In this document: positions 1 to 8,506 of the stretch, piece after piece
Layout: each line of letters starts with the position of its first letter
Numbering within the stretch: position 1 is the first letter of the stretch
Virus record (IMG/VR): IMGVR_UViG_3300037586_003684
Location: 1 to 36,966 of that record
DNA length: 36,966 nucleotides
Reading direction: 5' to 3' (one strand)
DNA from: a virus
Lineage: Duplodnaviria; Caudoviricetes
The notes under the pieces: generated by a model
Told to the model about the DNA's origin: nothing
The model's database searches: none
The model's input: only the letters and a program-made list of their open reading frames with translations
Translations under genes and position numbers: made by a program

Positions 1-2
1 TG

Positions 3-572
3 GGCTGTCACCTCCTCATGACCTTTCACGAGAGAGCACCGGGACACAACGCCGATGGTGCATTCTGCCCCGGCGGTCCCGACGTACCCAGCCGCAACCA
101 GGTAGAGATGTTGCCGTCGTGGTGCGACATGAGCCTCCGCACGCTGATCGACCCGACGTACCCAGATCCGTGGTTCCAGGCGATCTATTCGTGCAACCCC
201 TCTGATCCCGACTGGATCACAGGTGACCGCACAGGTGTCTGTTCGAGCAGGACCCCTGCGAACATCCGAGAAATCCTGCGCGCGAGTCAGTCCGGCTACG
301 AGCTCTCTCGCCTCGCCGGACTCGAGTGGCAAGAGGATGTTGCCAACCGAGTTGCCAACGGGCTACAGGATGGTGAGGATCTTCGCGGGCTGCTTCAGCA
401 AATCGCAGCCGGACACTCGGGCGACCCGCGCCACCTGCGGTGGGCCTGTCAGGACGGCATTGCTCGCGGAGTCCTCTCTCGACGCCTCAACCGAGGCTTG
501 TTCGATTTCACTCTCGAGGAGTCATCCTCAAAACCCGGCGGCAATCTGCCACCACCCCCACCAACCCCCTAA
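3..572 (+). CDS. AAA_24/Sak4-like phage ATPase, C-terminal part (5'-truncated by window edge)
   Basis: Frame is open from the window edge (GCHLLMTFHER... resembles the hhhTxHE strand of AAA_24 proteins) and lies immediately upstream of an SSB-like gene, the usual Sak4-SSB pairing. Walker A is not in the window. Confidence 0.5.
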   Translation, partial: GCHLLMTFHERAPGHNADGAFCPGGPDVPSRNQVEMLPSWCDMSLRTLIDPTYPDPWFQAIYSCNPSDPDWITGDRTGVCSSRTPANIREILRASQSGYELSRLAGLEWQEDVANRVANGLQDGEDLRGLLQQIAAGHSGDPRHLRWACQDGIARGVLSRRLNRGLFDFTLEESSSKPGGNLPPPPPTP

Positions 573-586
573 GGGACTAAACCATC

Positions 587-1234
587 ATGGCAACTTTCCA
601 AATCCCCGGTGAAATCATCACCTCTGTCACCGCTCTCGGTGGCGGTGCGCCCCCGTCCGGCTACTACGCCGCAAAGATCGAGAAGATCGAACCTCACCCG
701 TCGCGCGCCACGGCTCGTCGGATGACCCTGTCGTTCCAGGGCTTCTCCTGCACTGACTGGCTGAACACCCCCTACGATGTCGAAGGGAAGGCTATCGCCG
801 GTCTCAACGAGAAGCAGGTTCGCGGCATGGTTGCTGCGATCAAGAGTGTCTTCCTGTCCGCTGGGTACACCAACGAACAGATGTCTCAGGGAATCAGCGA
901 CGACTGGCTGATCGACAAGAGCGTCTGGCTCGAGTGGCATGCCGCCAAGGATTTGGGGGCCACCTACGGAAAGATCGACCGATACCTCACACAGGTTTCC
1001 TTCGACACTTTCCAGGCCGACGGATCCAAGCCGGCAGTTGCAGGAGCTGACGCTGTCAGTTCAAGCAGTGCCTCTGCAGCCGTTCCACCTGCGGTCGCTG
1101 CTGCAACACCGGCTCCGGCAGCTACTGTGGCTCCGGCTCCTGTTCCTGCACCTTCCAATGGTGCCTCTCAGACGACGATTGGTGGGGCTGTTCTGCCTCC
1201 TCCGCCCGTCGGCGCGCAGGGCCTGACCCAGTAG
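587..1234 (+). CDS. Probable single-stranded DNA-binding protein (DUF669-like) with Ala/Pro-rich tail
   Basis: N-terminal PPSGYYAAKIEKIE matches the DUF669-type P-x-G-x-Y start; lies between the ATPase and the DNA polymerase; low-complexity C-terminal tail. Confidence 0.55.
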   Translation: MATFQIPGEIITSVTALGGGAPPSGYYAAKIEKIEPHPSRATARRMTLSFQGFSCTDWLNTPYDVEGKAIAGLNEKQVRGMVAAIKSVFLSAGYTNEQMSQGISDDWLIDKSVWLEWHAAKDLGATYGKIDRYLTQVSFDTFQADGSKPAVAGADAVSSSSASAAVPPAVAAATPAPAATVAPAPVPAPSNGASQTTIGGAVLPPPPVGAQGLTQ

Positions 1235-1240
1235 TTGTCA

Positions 1241-1278
1241 GGGGGTGGCCTCGACACCGGCACGTCGAGGTCATCCCC
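1241..1278 (+). terminator. 15-bp hairpin after ssb (terminator/attenuator or RNA-stability hairpin)
   Basis: GGGGGTGGCCTCGAC (1241-1255) pairs with GTCGAGGTCATCCCC (1264-1278), with 2 G-U pairs; followed by ACCCTTTCTCC (weak U tract). Confidence 0.6.
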
Positions 1279-1297
1279 ACCCTTTCTCCGGTGCAGT

Positions 1298-4003
1298 TTG
1301 ACTTTCAATCCCCAAGAACACGGCGCAAAGTGCGAGGTGTGTCCGCTCGGACCTCGTGGCTGCTTCAACGATGAGGACTGGCGCCCTGTCGGTCCAGAGA
1401 TTCATGAAGGTGCCACAGTTCTCGCTGTCGGAGAGAGTCCGTCGCACGAGGACACCCACCACCAGCGTCCTTTCATGGGTCGAGGCGCATCAGAGTGGGC
1501 GACAGCGCTGGCTGTGATCTGCAAGAGTCGGCCCGACATCGACCTCACCAACGTCATTGCGTGCAAGCCTCCTGGTCAGGCCAGTGGTGCCTGGACACGG
1601 ATGACGCGGAAGCTCGACCGACTGAACAAGTCTCGACAGAGCAAGGGGCAACAGCCTCACCCTCACCCGATGACCTGTTGCCTGCCGCACTTGCACAGTC
1701 TGGCTGCCAAGTACGAGAACATCATCACGCTTGGTCGTATCGCGACACTCGCCCTGACTGGGCAGAACAAGAGCATCTTCTCTGTTCGCGGCGGCCCTAT
1801 CTACGTCGATGAAGACTGGCAGACTTCCGGGGAGGGCCGGCGCGTCTTTCCCACCGTGCACCCGGACTACATTACTCGAGCGCCGTCCTGGCGCAGTGTC
1901 CTGCACGCAGACCTGGGTAAGGCGTTTCGCTGGTTCACCGGAGCACTCAAGTGGACAGACCCAGACATTCTCTGGCGTCCATCGCCCGATGATCTACGCA
2001 CCTTTCTTGCGCAGCCTGCACCCTACTGGGCATACGATGTGGAGACTGATGGAGTCGAGCCATTGGAGTGCGGGCTGCGCACCATCGCCATTGCCATCCC
2101 TGACCTGGATAGCAAGGGCCGAGTCGTCAAGGGTGGCCGGTCTGTTGCCCAGAACAGTTATGCCGTGGGCATCACGCTCCAGTCTGTGCGAGGCGCTCGG
2201 TGGCTCTGCCCCGAAGACGAAGCCGAGATCAAGGACATCCTGTGCAAGGCGTTCACCGACGGGCGCACCTGGGTGGGGCACAACGCGGGTAGCTTCGACC
2301 GGATGGTCATCGAGAACCACCTCGGTGTCACCCCCGCGCCTCTCGTCGATACCCTCTTCTCCACGCGGTTCCGTGCGCCAGACCTACCGAAGGGGCTGAA
2401 GACAATCGGATCCATCCTGACAGACGTGGAGCGGTGGGAATCCACAGAGAAAGGCGCAAGCATCTCGACAGGCACCACCGATGACGACGAGCTCCTCCGA
2501 TACAACTGCATCGACACCGTAGTCAACGCGCGCATCCTGCCCCCGCTCATCGAAGCGACAGACTTCAACGGTGCCTTCAGACAGCTGCCCGCGTGGGCGC
2601 GGCCTGCAAGCTGGCCCGACAAGCCCTGGAACCTACACCAGGTCGACCATGCCACCCAGGACATGTGCGTGCAGATGCACAAGGCAGGTGTCTGGATTGA
2701 CCAGACTCGTCGTCGTCAACTCGAGGACCACTACACGGTCTTGGTGGGTCAACGTCAGAAGTGGCTCATCGATGAAGCCCGGGGATGGACGCAGACGTTC
2801 AACAACCCGGGTAGCGGGGACCAGGTACGCAACCTGCTCTACGACATCTGGTCACTGGGCATCCCTCCACAAATCGATGCGCGTGAGTTCTACACCGAGA
2901 CGGGTCTCCCAGGAACGGGGGATGCAGTCATCCGAGCGCACCTCGCTGCAGACAATGTCACTGCGAATCAAGCGACGTGGCTCAAGCAGCTGCGTGTGTA
3001 TCGGCGGGAAAAGAACAAGATCCTGGGCACTGTGCTCATCCCCATGCGCAGACGAGATGCAGACCCCGTGAAGGGCATCGTGTTCGAGGACGGTCGTGTC
3101 CGCAGCAACTGGAACGCACACGTCACCAGTGTGGGCAGGCTCAGCTCCAGTGGTCCGAACCTACAAAACATCGGCAACCGCAAGGGTCAGGCTCCGCTCA
3201 AGAGCATCTTCTCCGCACCTCCTGGTCGAATGTTCATCGGGGCGGATCTGGACCAGGCCCACTTGAGAATCACCGCATGCTACTGGCGCATCCCGATGCT
3301 CCTCGAGTGCTTCGCCAGCGGACAGGACCCACACAACACGCTGGCGTGGAGCGTGTTCGGCGACAAGTTCAAGAGCGCAGACGGCTGGGGCCCAGACGGA
3401 TTCAGCCTTCACCGCAAGCCCCCGGGCGGCCAGGCCAAGTCCATGCGCGACATCATCAAGACGTTCAGGTACGCATCCATCTACTGGGCGTCTCCCGCAA
3501 CGGTCTGGCAGGTGCTCACTTCGACGGAGACGGATGAGGGCGATCTCCCCTACCTGGGATTCAGTCTGCGAGATGTTCGGTTCATCCACGATGCGTGGCT
3601 CGAGGCAGAGCCCGAATGGATGAAGGCATGGCAGTCAATGCTCAAGCTCTACCGCCAACAGGGATTCATGGACGAGCCTGTGTTCGGCAGACGGTCGGGC
3701 CCCCTGAGCGATGGCAAGAAGAACGAAGTGGTCAACTACCCGATATTGAGTGCCGAGTCTGCCGTCATGCGGATTGCCGAGCAGCGTCTGATCGAGCAGT
3801 TCCCCTATGGATTCGCAGGACCCGGCACGGGACTCATCCACCAGTGCCACGACAGCGTTGCCATCGAAGTGCCCGACGAGGGAGAGCATCAGCTCGAGCA
3901 GTGGCGCAAGCTCGTCGAGCAGTGCATGACCGTCGAGGTTCCCGGGTGGGTGGTCACCATGACTTCCGAGGCCGCAGTCGGTAAGACTCTGAAGGAGGTC
4001 TGA
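1298..4003 (+). CDS. polA: Family-A DNA polymerase with N-terminal family-4 uracil-DNA glycosylase-like domain and 3'-5' exonuclease (SPO1-type architecture)
   Basis: UDG motifs CEVCPL, VGESPS, PFMG, TNVIACKPP, FPTVHP. Exo motifs YDVET, GHNAGSFD, YNCID. Pol motifs GRLSSSGPNLQNI, DLDQAHLR, KTFRYASIY, HDS. Start placed at TTG 1298 because the upstream in-frame TTG (1235) runs through the hairpin. Confidence 0.92.
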   Translation: MTFNPQEHGAKCEVCPLGPRGCFNDEDWRPVGPEIHEGATVLAVGESPSHEDTHHQRPFMGRGASEWATALAVICKSRPDIDLTNVIACKPPGQASGAWTRMTRKLDRLNKSRQSKGQQPHPHPMTCCLPHLHSLAAKYENIITLGRIATLALTGQNKSIFSVRGGPIYVDEDWQTSGEGRRVFPTVHPDYITRAPSWRSVLHADLGKAFRWFTGALKWTDPDILWRPSPDDLRTFLAQPAPYWAYDVETDGVEPLECGLRTIAIAIPDLDSKGRVVKGGRSVAQNSYAVGITLQSVRGARWLCPEDEAEIKDILCKAFTDGRTWVGHNAGSFDRMVIENHLGVTPAPLVDTLFSTRFRAPDLPKGLKTIGSILTDVERWESTEKGASISTGTTDDDELLRYNCIDTVVNARILPPLIEATDFNGAFRQLPAWARPASWPDKPWNLHQVDHATQDMCVQMHKAGVWIDQTRRRQLEDHYTVLVGQRQKWLIDEARGWTQTFNNPGSGDQVRNLLYDIWSLGIPPQIDAREFYTETGLPGTGDAVIRAHLAADNVTANQATWLKQLRVYRREKNKILGTVLIPMRRRDADPVKGIVFEDGRVRSNWNAHVTSVGRLSSSGPNLQNIGNRKGQAPLKSIFSAPPGRMFIGADLDQAHLRITACYWRIPMLLECFASGQDPHNTLAWSVFGDKFKSADGWGPDGFSLHRKPPGGQAKSMRDIIKTFRYASIYWASPATVWQVLTSTETDEGDLPYLGFSLRDVRFIHDAWLEAEPEWMKAWQSMLKLYRQQGFMDEPVFGRRSGPLSDGKKNEVVNYPILSAESAVMRIAEQRLIEQFPYGFAGPGTGLIHQCHDSVAIEVPDEGEHQLEQWRKLVEQCMTVEVPGWVVTMTSEAAVGKTLKEV

Positions 4004-4425
4004 TGACAACCGCACGCTGGTTCCTGGCACACAGCAAGAGCTGTCCGGTCGAGCACATCGATACCTGGGCCAAGGCACTCACCCCAGCACTCACCTCACC
4101 GGGGTGGGATGCGCAGGTCACCTCGGCTCGAGACGACTATGAGCTCCGCGCGCGAGCAATGGGTGGGTGGCACCGCTGGTGCCAGGACGTGCCGAGGGGT
4201 GTGCGGTGGGATGGTACGCCACTCTTCCACGGCATCATCATTCCCGAAGGACCCATCGTCGGTCGAGCGACAGACAGTCTGATTCGTGGGTTCCTCGATG
4301 CGGGTAAACATGTCTTTGCGTGGGAGCCCAGCACAGGCAGATTCCACGCTGTCAGCGGATTAAAGGAGCTCGGGCTCGACAACTGGAAGCAGTGGTCGAA
4401 AATCGTGTTGACTTCTATATCTTGA
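4003..4425 (+). CDS. Hypothetical protein (140 aa)
   Basis: TGATG stop/start overlap with pol; GGAGG upstream. Confidence 0.75.
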   Translation: MTTARWFLAHSKSCPVEHIDTWAKALTPALTSPGWDAQVTSARDDYELRARAMGGWHRWCQDVPRGVRWDGTPLFHGIIIPEGPIVGRATDSLIRGFLDAGKHVFAWEPSTGRFHAVSGLKELGLDNWKQWSKIVLTSIS

Positions 4426-4436
4426 ATCGTTACCAT
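4408..4436 (+). promoter_or_regulatory. sigma70-type promoter
   Basis: TTGACT-17 nt-TACCAT, followed by CAGGAG RBS and ATG 4457. Confidence 0.75.
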
Positions 4437-4456
4437 CAGGGAATACAGGAGCAGTC

Positions 4457-6382
4457 ATGGCAAAGAAACAAATCCCCCTCCACGTTCAACAGATCAAGTC
4501 CAACCTCAAGAGCATCGACGGCGAGGCCTGGCATGTCGATCTCGGAGACAAGACACTCATCGTCGGGCCGAACGGCAGTCACAAGTCTGCCATCGCCCAG
4601 TCTCTCGAGCTGGCAGTCAGTGGTGCCGCAGACGACATCGTCGGACGCACTGCCGTGAAGTCAGGAGACACCCTGCTTTCGACAGCTCACGAGGATGCTC
4701 TCTGGATCCAGGCGAACCTCTCCAACGGGGAGATCTCCTCTTTCAAAGTACAGAGAGAGGACGAGAAAGTCAAGCGCCCGGCTCATGTCAGCAACAGCAC
4801 GGCTGTCCTTCCCCTGCGGGATGTGAAGGCCGCACTGGCGGGCTCGACGTCCACGGCCATGCGTGCCTTCTTCACGTGGGCCTGCGCCGACATCAGTGAG
4901 GATGCGTTCATCGTCGAGTCGTCTCCAGCCGTGAACATCACCTCGTCGCAGGATGTGCAGGAGGCTCTCGACGCCTACGAGATCTACTCGCGTCACCGCA
5001 AGGACAGCCCTGCTGACCGACTGCTCTCGCTGTACCAGTACACGGGTGAGCAGGTACGGAGTCGGTCAGGCAAGATCAAGGCGCTCGAGGCGAGAACCGT
5101 CGTCCTGCAGCATACGCTCTTCGATAGCTGTCCTTCCGACGAGGACATCGATGGAGCCAAGCAGCAACTGGTGCGCGCCGCGAGCGCGAACAGTGCGCCC
5201 ACCCAGGAGATCGAAGCCGCAGAGGATGCGGTCCGTCTGTGGACCGAGCGAGTCAGGAGTCTGGACGCATCTCTCGTCTCCGACTCCATGGCGAACTGCG
5301 CGAACTCCATTCTCACGACAGCGACATTCGAGCACCTGCAGAGTTGTCCTATCTGTGCCTCCCCGGTTGGATTGGAGCACCTGCGCGCATGTCAGAGCCA
5401 CTACAGCGGACAGGCGGACGCAGAGACCGAGGCCATCAGCGGAGACATCGAGACTGCCAACGAGAACCTCGTGGCATGGAAGACACACCTGGAGAAGCTG
5501 CGTAGCCAGTCTGCCGTCGATAGCAGCTCGGTCATTCGTGCTGCCAACGAGTTGACCGACATGGTCGCCAATCGGAAGCAGTGGGATGAGTTCTCCCAGT
5601 GCCGTGAAGACGTCAACGCACTTGAGGTAGAAGTCGACAGCTTCGGTCGAGCGAAGAAGGGCGTCGAGGTCATCATCAAAGACGTCCTCGCACAGCACAC
5701 GATGTCATTCGTGGAGTCGGTGAACCGGTTCCTGCCCAAGGGGTACGTCTTCGACATGACCGTGCACCCGAAGCTGTCGGTGGGTCTGGTTCGTAACGGT
5801 GCTCTGCACACTGCCCTGAGCGGTGCCGAGTGGGTGACTGTGACGGCTGCCATCGCCATGGTCGCATCCTCTTCGATGGATGCCGAGCTTCGGGTCATCG
5901 TGCTCGAGGACCGTGCGCTCGACCCCGACACACTGCGCGGCCTGCTCAAGACGTTCAGTGCGTTCAATGGTCAGGTCGTCATCACCAGCGTGACCAAGCC
6001 GAAGGGTCGCCCCTTCAAGGCCTGGAAGGTCATCGACCTGTACAAGGCTCCGCTGTGCGATGCTCCAATAATCAGCGCTGCTCCCGAACCTGACGCTGCC
6101 CCAGAGCCCGAAGCAGAGCCCGAAGCAGAGCTCCCCCCTGCGCCACCGACGGAGCCCGTGGTGGTCAAGCGGCGCAAGCGGTCAGCCATCAAGGCACCCT
6201 CCTCGAGGAAGATCCTCAAGGGCTTGGGCTACACCGACGCTGACCTGGACGTCATGACGCCAGATACTGCGGTGAGCATCATCAAGGAGGGGCTGCTCGC
6301 CAAGGACGTGGACACGCACTCGGACGGCACGGTCACCGTGATCCTACGCCCGAACGTACACCAGCTTCCTCGCCTCCAGTGA
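4457..6382 (+). CDS. Rad50/SbcC-like (SMC-family) ATPase
   Basis: Walker A GPNGSHKS, coiled coils around a CPIC zinc hook, signature LSGAE, Walker B VIVLED; extra Pro/Glu-rich linker and C-terminal domain. Confidence 0.85.
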   Translation: MAKKQIPLHVQQIKSNLKSIDGEAWHVDLGDKTLIVGPNGSHKSAIAQSLELAVSGAADDIVGRTAVKSGDTLLSTAHEDALWIQANLSNGEISSFKVQREDEKVKRPAHVSNSTAVLPLRDVKAALAGSTSTAMRAFFTWACADISEDAFIVESSPAVNITSSQDVQEALDAYEIYSRHRKDSPADRLLSLYQYTGEQVRSRSGKIKALEARTVVLQHTLFDSCPSDEDIDGAKQQLVRAASANSAPTQEIEAAEDAVRLWTERVRSLDASLVSDSMANCANSILTTATFEHLQSCPICASPVGLEHLRACQSHYSGQADAETEAISGDIETANENLVAWKTHLEKLRSQSAVDSSSVIRAANELTDMVANRKQWDEFSQCREDVNALEVEVDSFGRAKKGVEVIIKDVLAQHTMSFVESVNRFLPKGYVFDMTVHPKLSVGLVRNGALHTALSGAEWVTVTAAIAMVASSSMDAELRVIVLEDRALDPDTLRGLLKTFSAFNGQVVITSVTKPKGRPFKAWKVIDLYKAPLCDAPIISAAPEPDAAPEPEAEPEAELPPAPPTEPVVVKRRKRSAIKAPSSRKILKGLGYTDADLDVMTPDTAVSIIKEGLLAKDVDTHSDGTVTVILRPNVHQLPRLQ

Positions 6383-6603
6383 TTTGCCCGCAATGCAGCG
6401 AGAAGACGATAGTGTCCAACACGAGGACTCGACAGAGTATCGAGTCGCGGAAACACAGAATCATTCGAGAGGCGTACAGATTGATGCGCGGGTACGACAA
6501 CTGGGTCGTCAGGCGAAGGCGGTGCTCACAGTGCGACTGGTCGGGAGTGACCATCGAGCTGTTGACCAACGATTTCAGACGAGGATGGTTTCGCCGTGAC
6601 TGA
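6379..6603 (+). CDS. NrdR-like N-terminal zinc-ribbon protein
   Basis: MICPQC...VVRRRRCSQC...TIE is the NrdR zinc-ribbon pattern without the ATP-cone; GTGA overlap with the upstream stop. Confidence 0.75.
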   Translation: MICPQCSEKTIVSNTRTRQSIESRKHRIIREAYRLMRGYDNWVVRRRRCSQCDWSGVTIELLTNDFRRGWFRRD

Positions 6604-6694
6604 CTGGGACGTACTTCACAGCAGCATGTTCAGGCCTTCGCCCACCAACCCCATCAAGCTGGTGCGCCTGACCACAATCTCAGAAAAATGAACC

Positions 6695-6731
6695 GACTCG
6701 TGTCCGCGTTGGCAACTTCGGATCGTTCTTA
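6695..6731 (+). promoter_or_regulatory. Bipartite conserved upstream motif, copy 1 (putative phage- or alternative-sigma promoter)
   Basis: GACTCGTGTCCGC-N10-TCGGATCGTTCTTA; near-identical copy at 12088-12124 on the minus strand; both sit just upstream of a gene in the same orientation. Confidence 0.6.
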
Positions 6732-6773
6732 CACACAGAGAGATACGTTCAACCCCATCCCTTTGGAGACATT

Positions 6774-7250
6774 GTGGAAACCTCAACCATCATCAACAAC
6801 TACCCCCTGTCCCCCGAAGCCATCGAGGCCCTCGTCGCTGACGCAAGGCACTCGAATCAAGCAGTTCACGAGAGCTTTCTCGTGCACTACGCACAGCAGG
6901 AGACCCCCAGCGAGATCAACAATCATGTCCTCGCCCACTTCCAGAGCGACAAGCGCAAGCGCGAGCAGCAGCGAGACCTCGATGAGATCCGCCACTACCT
7001 CTCGATACCACCTACTCAGCGCCTGAGTCTCATGGTCGAGAGTTGGGCCGAGTTCTTGACGGACCATGGGGATGACGAAGACGCTTCGCTCATCAAGTTC
7101 CTCGAAGACATCGCATTGCTACTCTACGCCGATGACGGGGAAACAGCGCTACTCCTGGCGTACCATGGCGCTGAGTTGCTGGACGGGAACCTCCCCGACG
7201 ACCTGGACATCGAGCACAGCCGCTTCTGGTCCGACGTGGAGAAGTCATGA
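6774..7250 (+). CDS. Hypothetical protein (158 aa, acidic)
   Basis: GGAG RBS before GTG; codon usage like neighbouring genes. Confidence 0.7.
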   Translation: METSTIINNYPLSPEAIEALVADARHSNQAVHESFLVHYAQQETPSEINNHVLAHFQSDKRKREQQRDLDEIRHYLSIPPTQRLSLMVESWAEFLTDHGDDEDASLIKFLEDIALLLYADDGETALLLAYHGAELLDGNLPDDLDIEHSRFWSDVEKS

Positions 7251-7537
7251 CACCAGCCACTCCCATCTTCTTCTGGTTCCTGTGCAACCGACCCGGCGCT
7301 GTCTGGGTAGGTACGCAGGAGACCTGGGACTGGTGGCTCAGCGAGGAGGGCGGGGCATGCGAGCAGCCGCACCTGCTTCATGAAGGTGTCCTGTGTAACT
7401 TCGCAGGCAGAGCCGTCGAGTGGCACCAGTGGTGGCCTCGAGACGAGGAGGGCTCGTGGCCTGTAGCGCACACCTGTCGAGACCTTGCACAGGTTCTCGG
7501 GTGCCCTACTCCGAGCGTTTCCGGTCGAGCTCCTTGA
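7247..7537 (+). CDS. Hypothetical protein (96 aa, Trp-rich)
   Basis: ATGA overlap with the upstream gene; GGAG upstream. Confidence 0.55.
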   Translation: MTPATPIFFWFLCNRPGAVWVGTQETWDWWLSEEGGACEQPHLLHEGVLCNFAGRAVEWHQWWPRDEEGSWPVAHTCRDLAQVLGCPTPSVSGRAP

Positions 7538-7627
7538 GCCCCTCGTCCAGTTTACACGCTTCGCTGGAAGAGATACAGTTGACATGGGTACTGCCCACTC
7601 ACACTGACACCTCCAAAGGAGGCTGAT

Positions 7628-8314
7628 ATGCCCGTCTCTCTTCCCCGCTTGCAGCAGTCACAGGTTGCTGCTGCCGTCAACCGCTCACGAGCCCAGGCCA
7701 TCAAGGTCACCACGGCTGAAGCCATCACCGCGAACGACATCATCGTCGCCACCAGCTGTAGCGCTACTGGTCTCATGACTGTCAGCAAGGCCGACGCGGA
7801 TTCCCTGACACTGTGTCGCGGACCCTTCTTCATCGCAGACTACACCGCTGCGTCTGGTGTCACCACCGACCTGGCGATTCCCTGGAAGGTCATCACTGGA
7901 GTCGACACCAGCGCTGCTTCTCAGGTCGGAGATCCTGTCTGGCTCAGCACCACTGCAGGCGCCTATGTCGTTTCAGTTATCCCAGCAGCTACAGCAACGA
8001 GTAATGATTTTGCGCTCGCGGTCAAGATTGGGCGCGTGCTCGTTGTTGGTGGTACTGGTGTTGGTGTGGTCATGCTCGAGCCGGGTATGGCTAACGGCGC
8101 CCCACTCGTCGGTCGCGTGACTCTGGACACCAGTGGGTCAACGACAGTTGATGGGTTTACCGCGGAGCTTGACGGCTCCCCCGTAGTCGTCAACTCAGGT
8201 AACGCCGGGAGTATCGACGCCAGCGACTGTAACGCAGCAATCGCCAGTGGAACGCTGACAATCAGAAGCACCACCGGCATCACTACCGTAGCCACCTACA
8301 TGATTCACTCGTAG
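7628..8314 (+). CDS. Putative virion decoration/cement-like protein (DUF2190-like beta fold)
   Basis: AAGGAGG RBS; Thr/Ala/Gly/Val-rich; VDTS..VGDPVWLS..G and VKIGRV segments resemble capsid decoration proteins. Confidence 0.55.
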   Translation: MPVSLPRLQQSQVAAAVNRSRAQAIKVTTAEAITANDIIVATSCSATGLMTVSKADADSLTLCRGPFFIADYTAASGVTTDLAIPWKVITGVDTSAASQVGDPVWLSTTAGAYVVSVIPAATATSNDFALAVKIGRVLVVGGTGVGVVMLEPGMANGAPLVGRVTLDTSGSTTVDGFTAELDGSPVVVNSGNAGSIDASDCNAAIASGTLTIRSTTGITTVATYMIHS

Positions 8315-8506
8315 GCATCTCGCACCTCGGCGTCCGCCAGCAAATCCACCAGGACGCCGGGGTGTCTGCGCCGAGGCACTCACGCCTATGTGAAATCGAC
8401 TCGCGTGCAGTGGTAATGAGAGCCCGAACAGGATAGACTTCAGAGGCTGCGGCATCACTGTCTCAGCCCCGGTAGTTTGACTAATCCCACCCCCGGAGGT
8501 GTTGCT

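Noticed and set aside
1235-1297. N-terminal extension of the polymerase from TTG 1235
   Set aside because: Runs through a 15-bp hairpin and encodes low-information sequence; UDG-like sequence begins after TTG 1298.
7579-7610. TTGACA upstream of gene 7628 as a sigma70 promoter
   Set aside because: No convincing -10 at 16-18 nt spacing; left unannotated.
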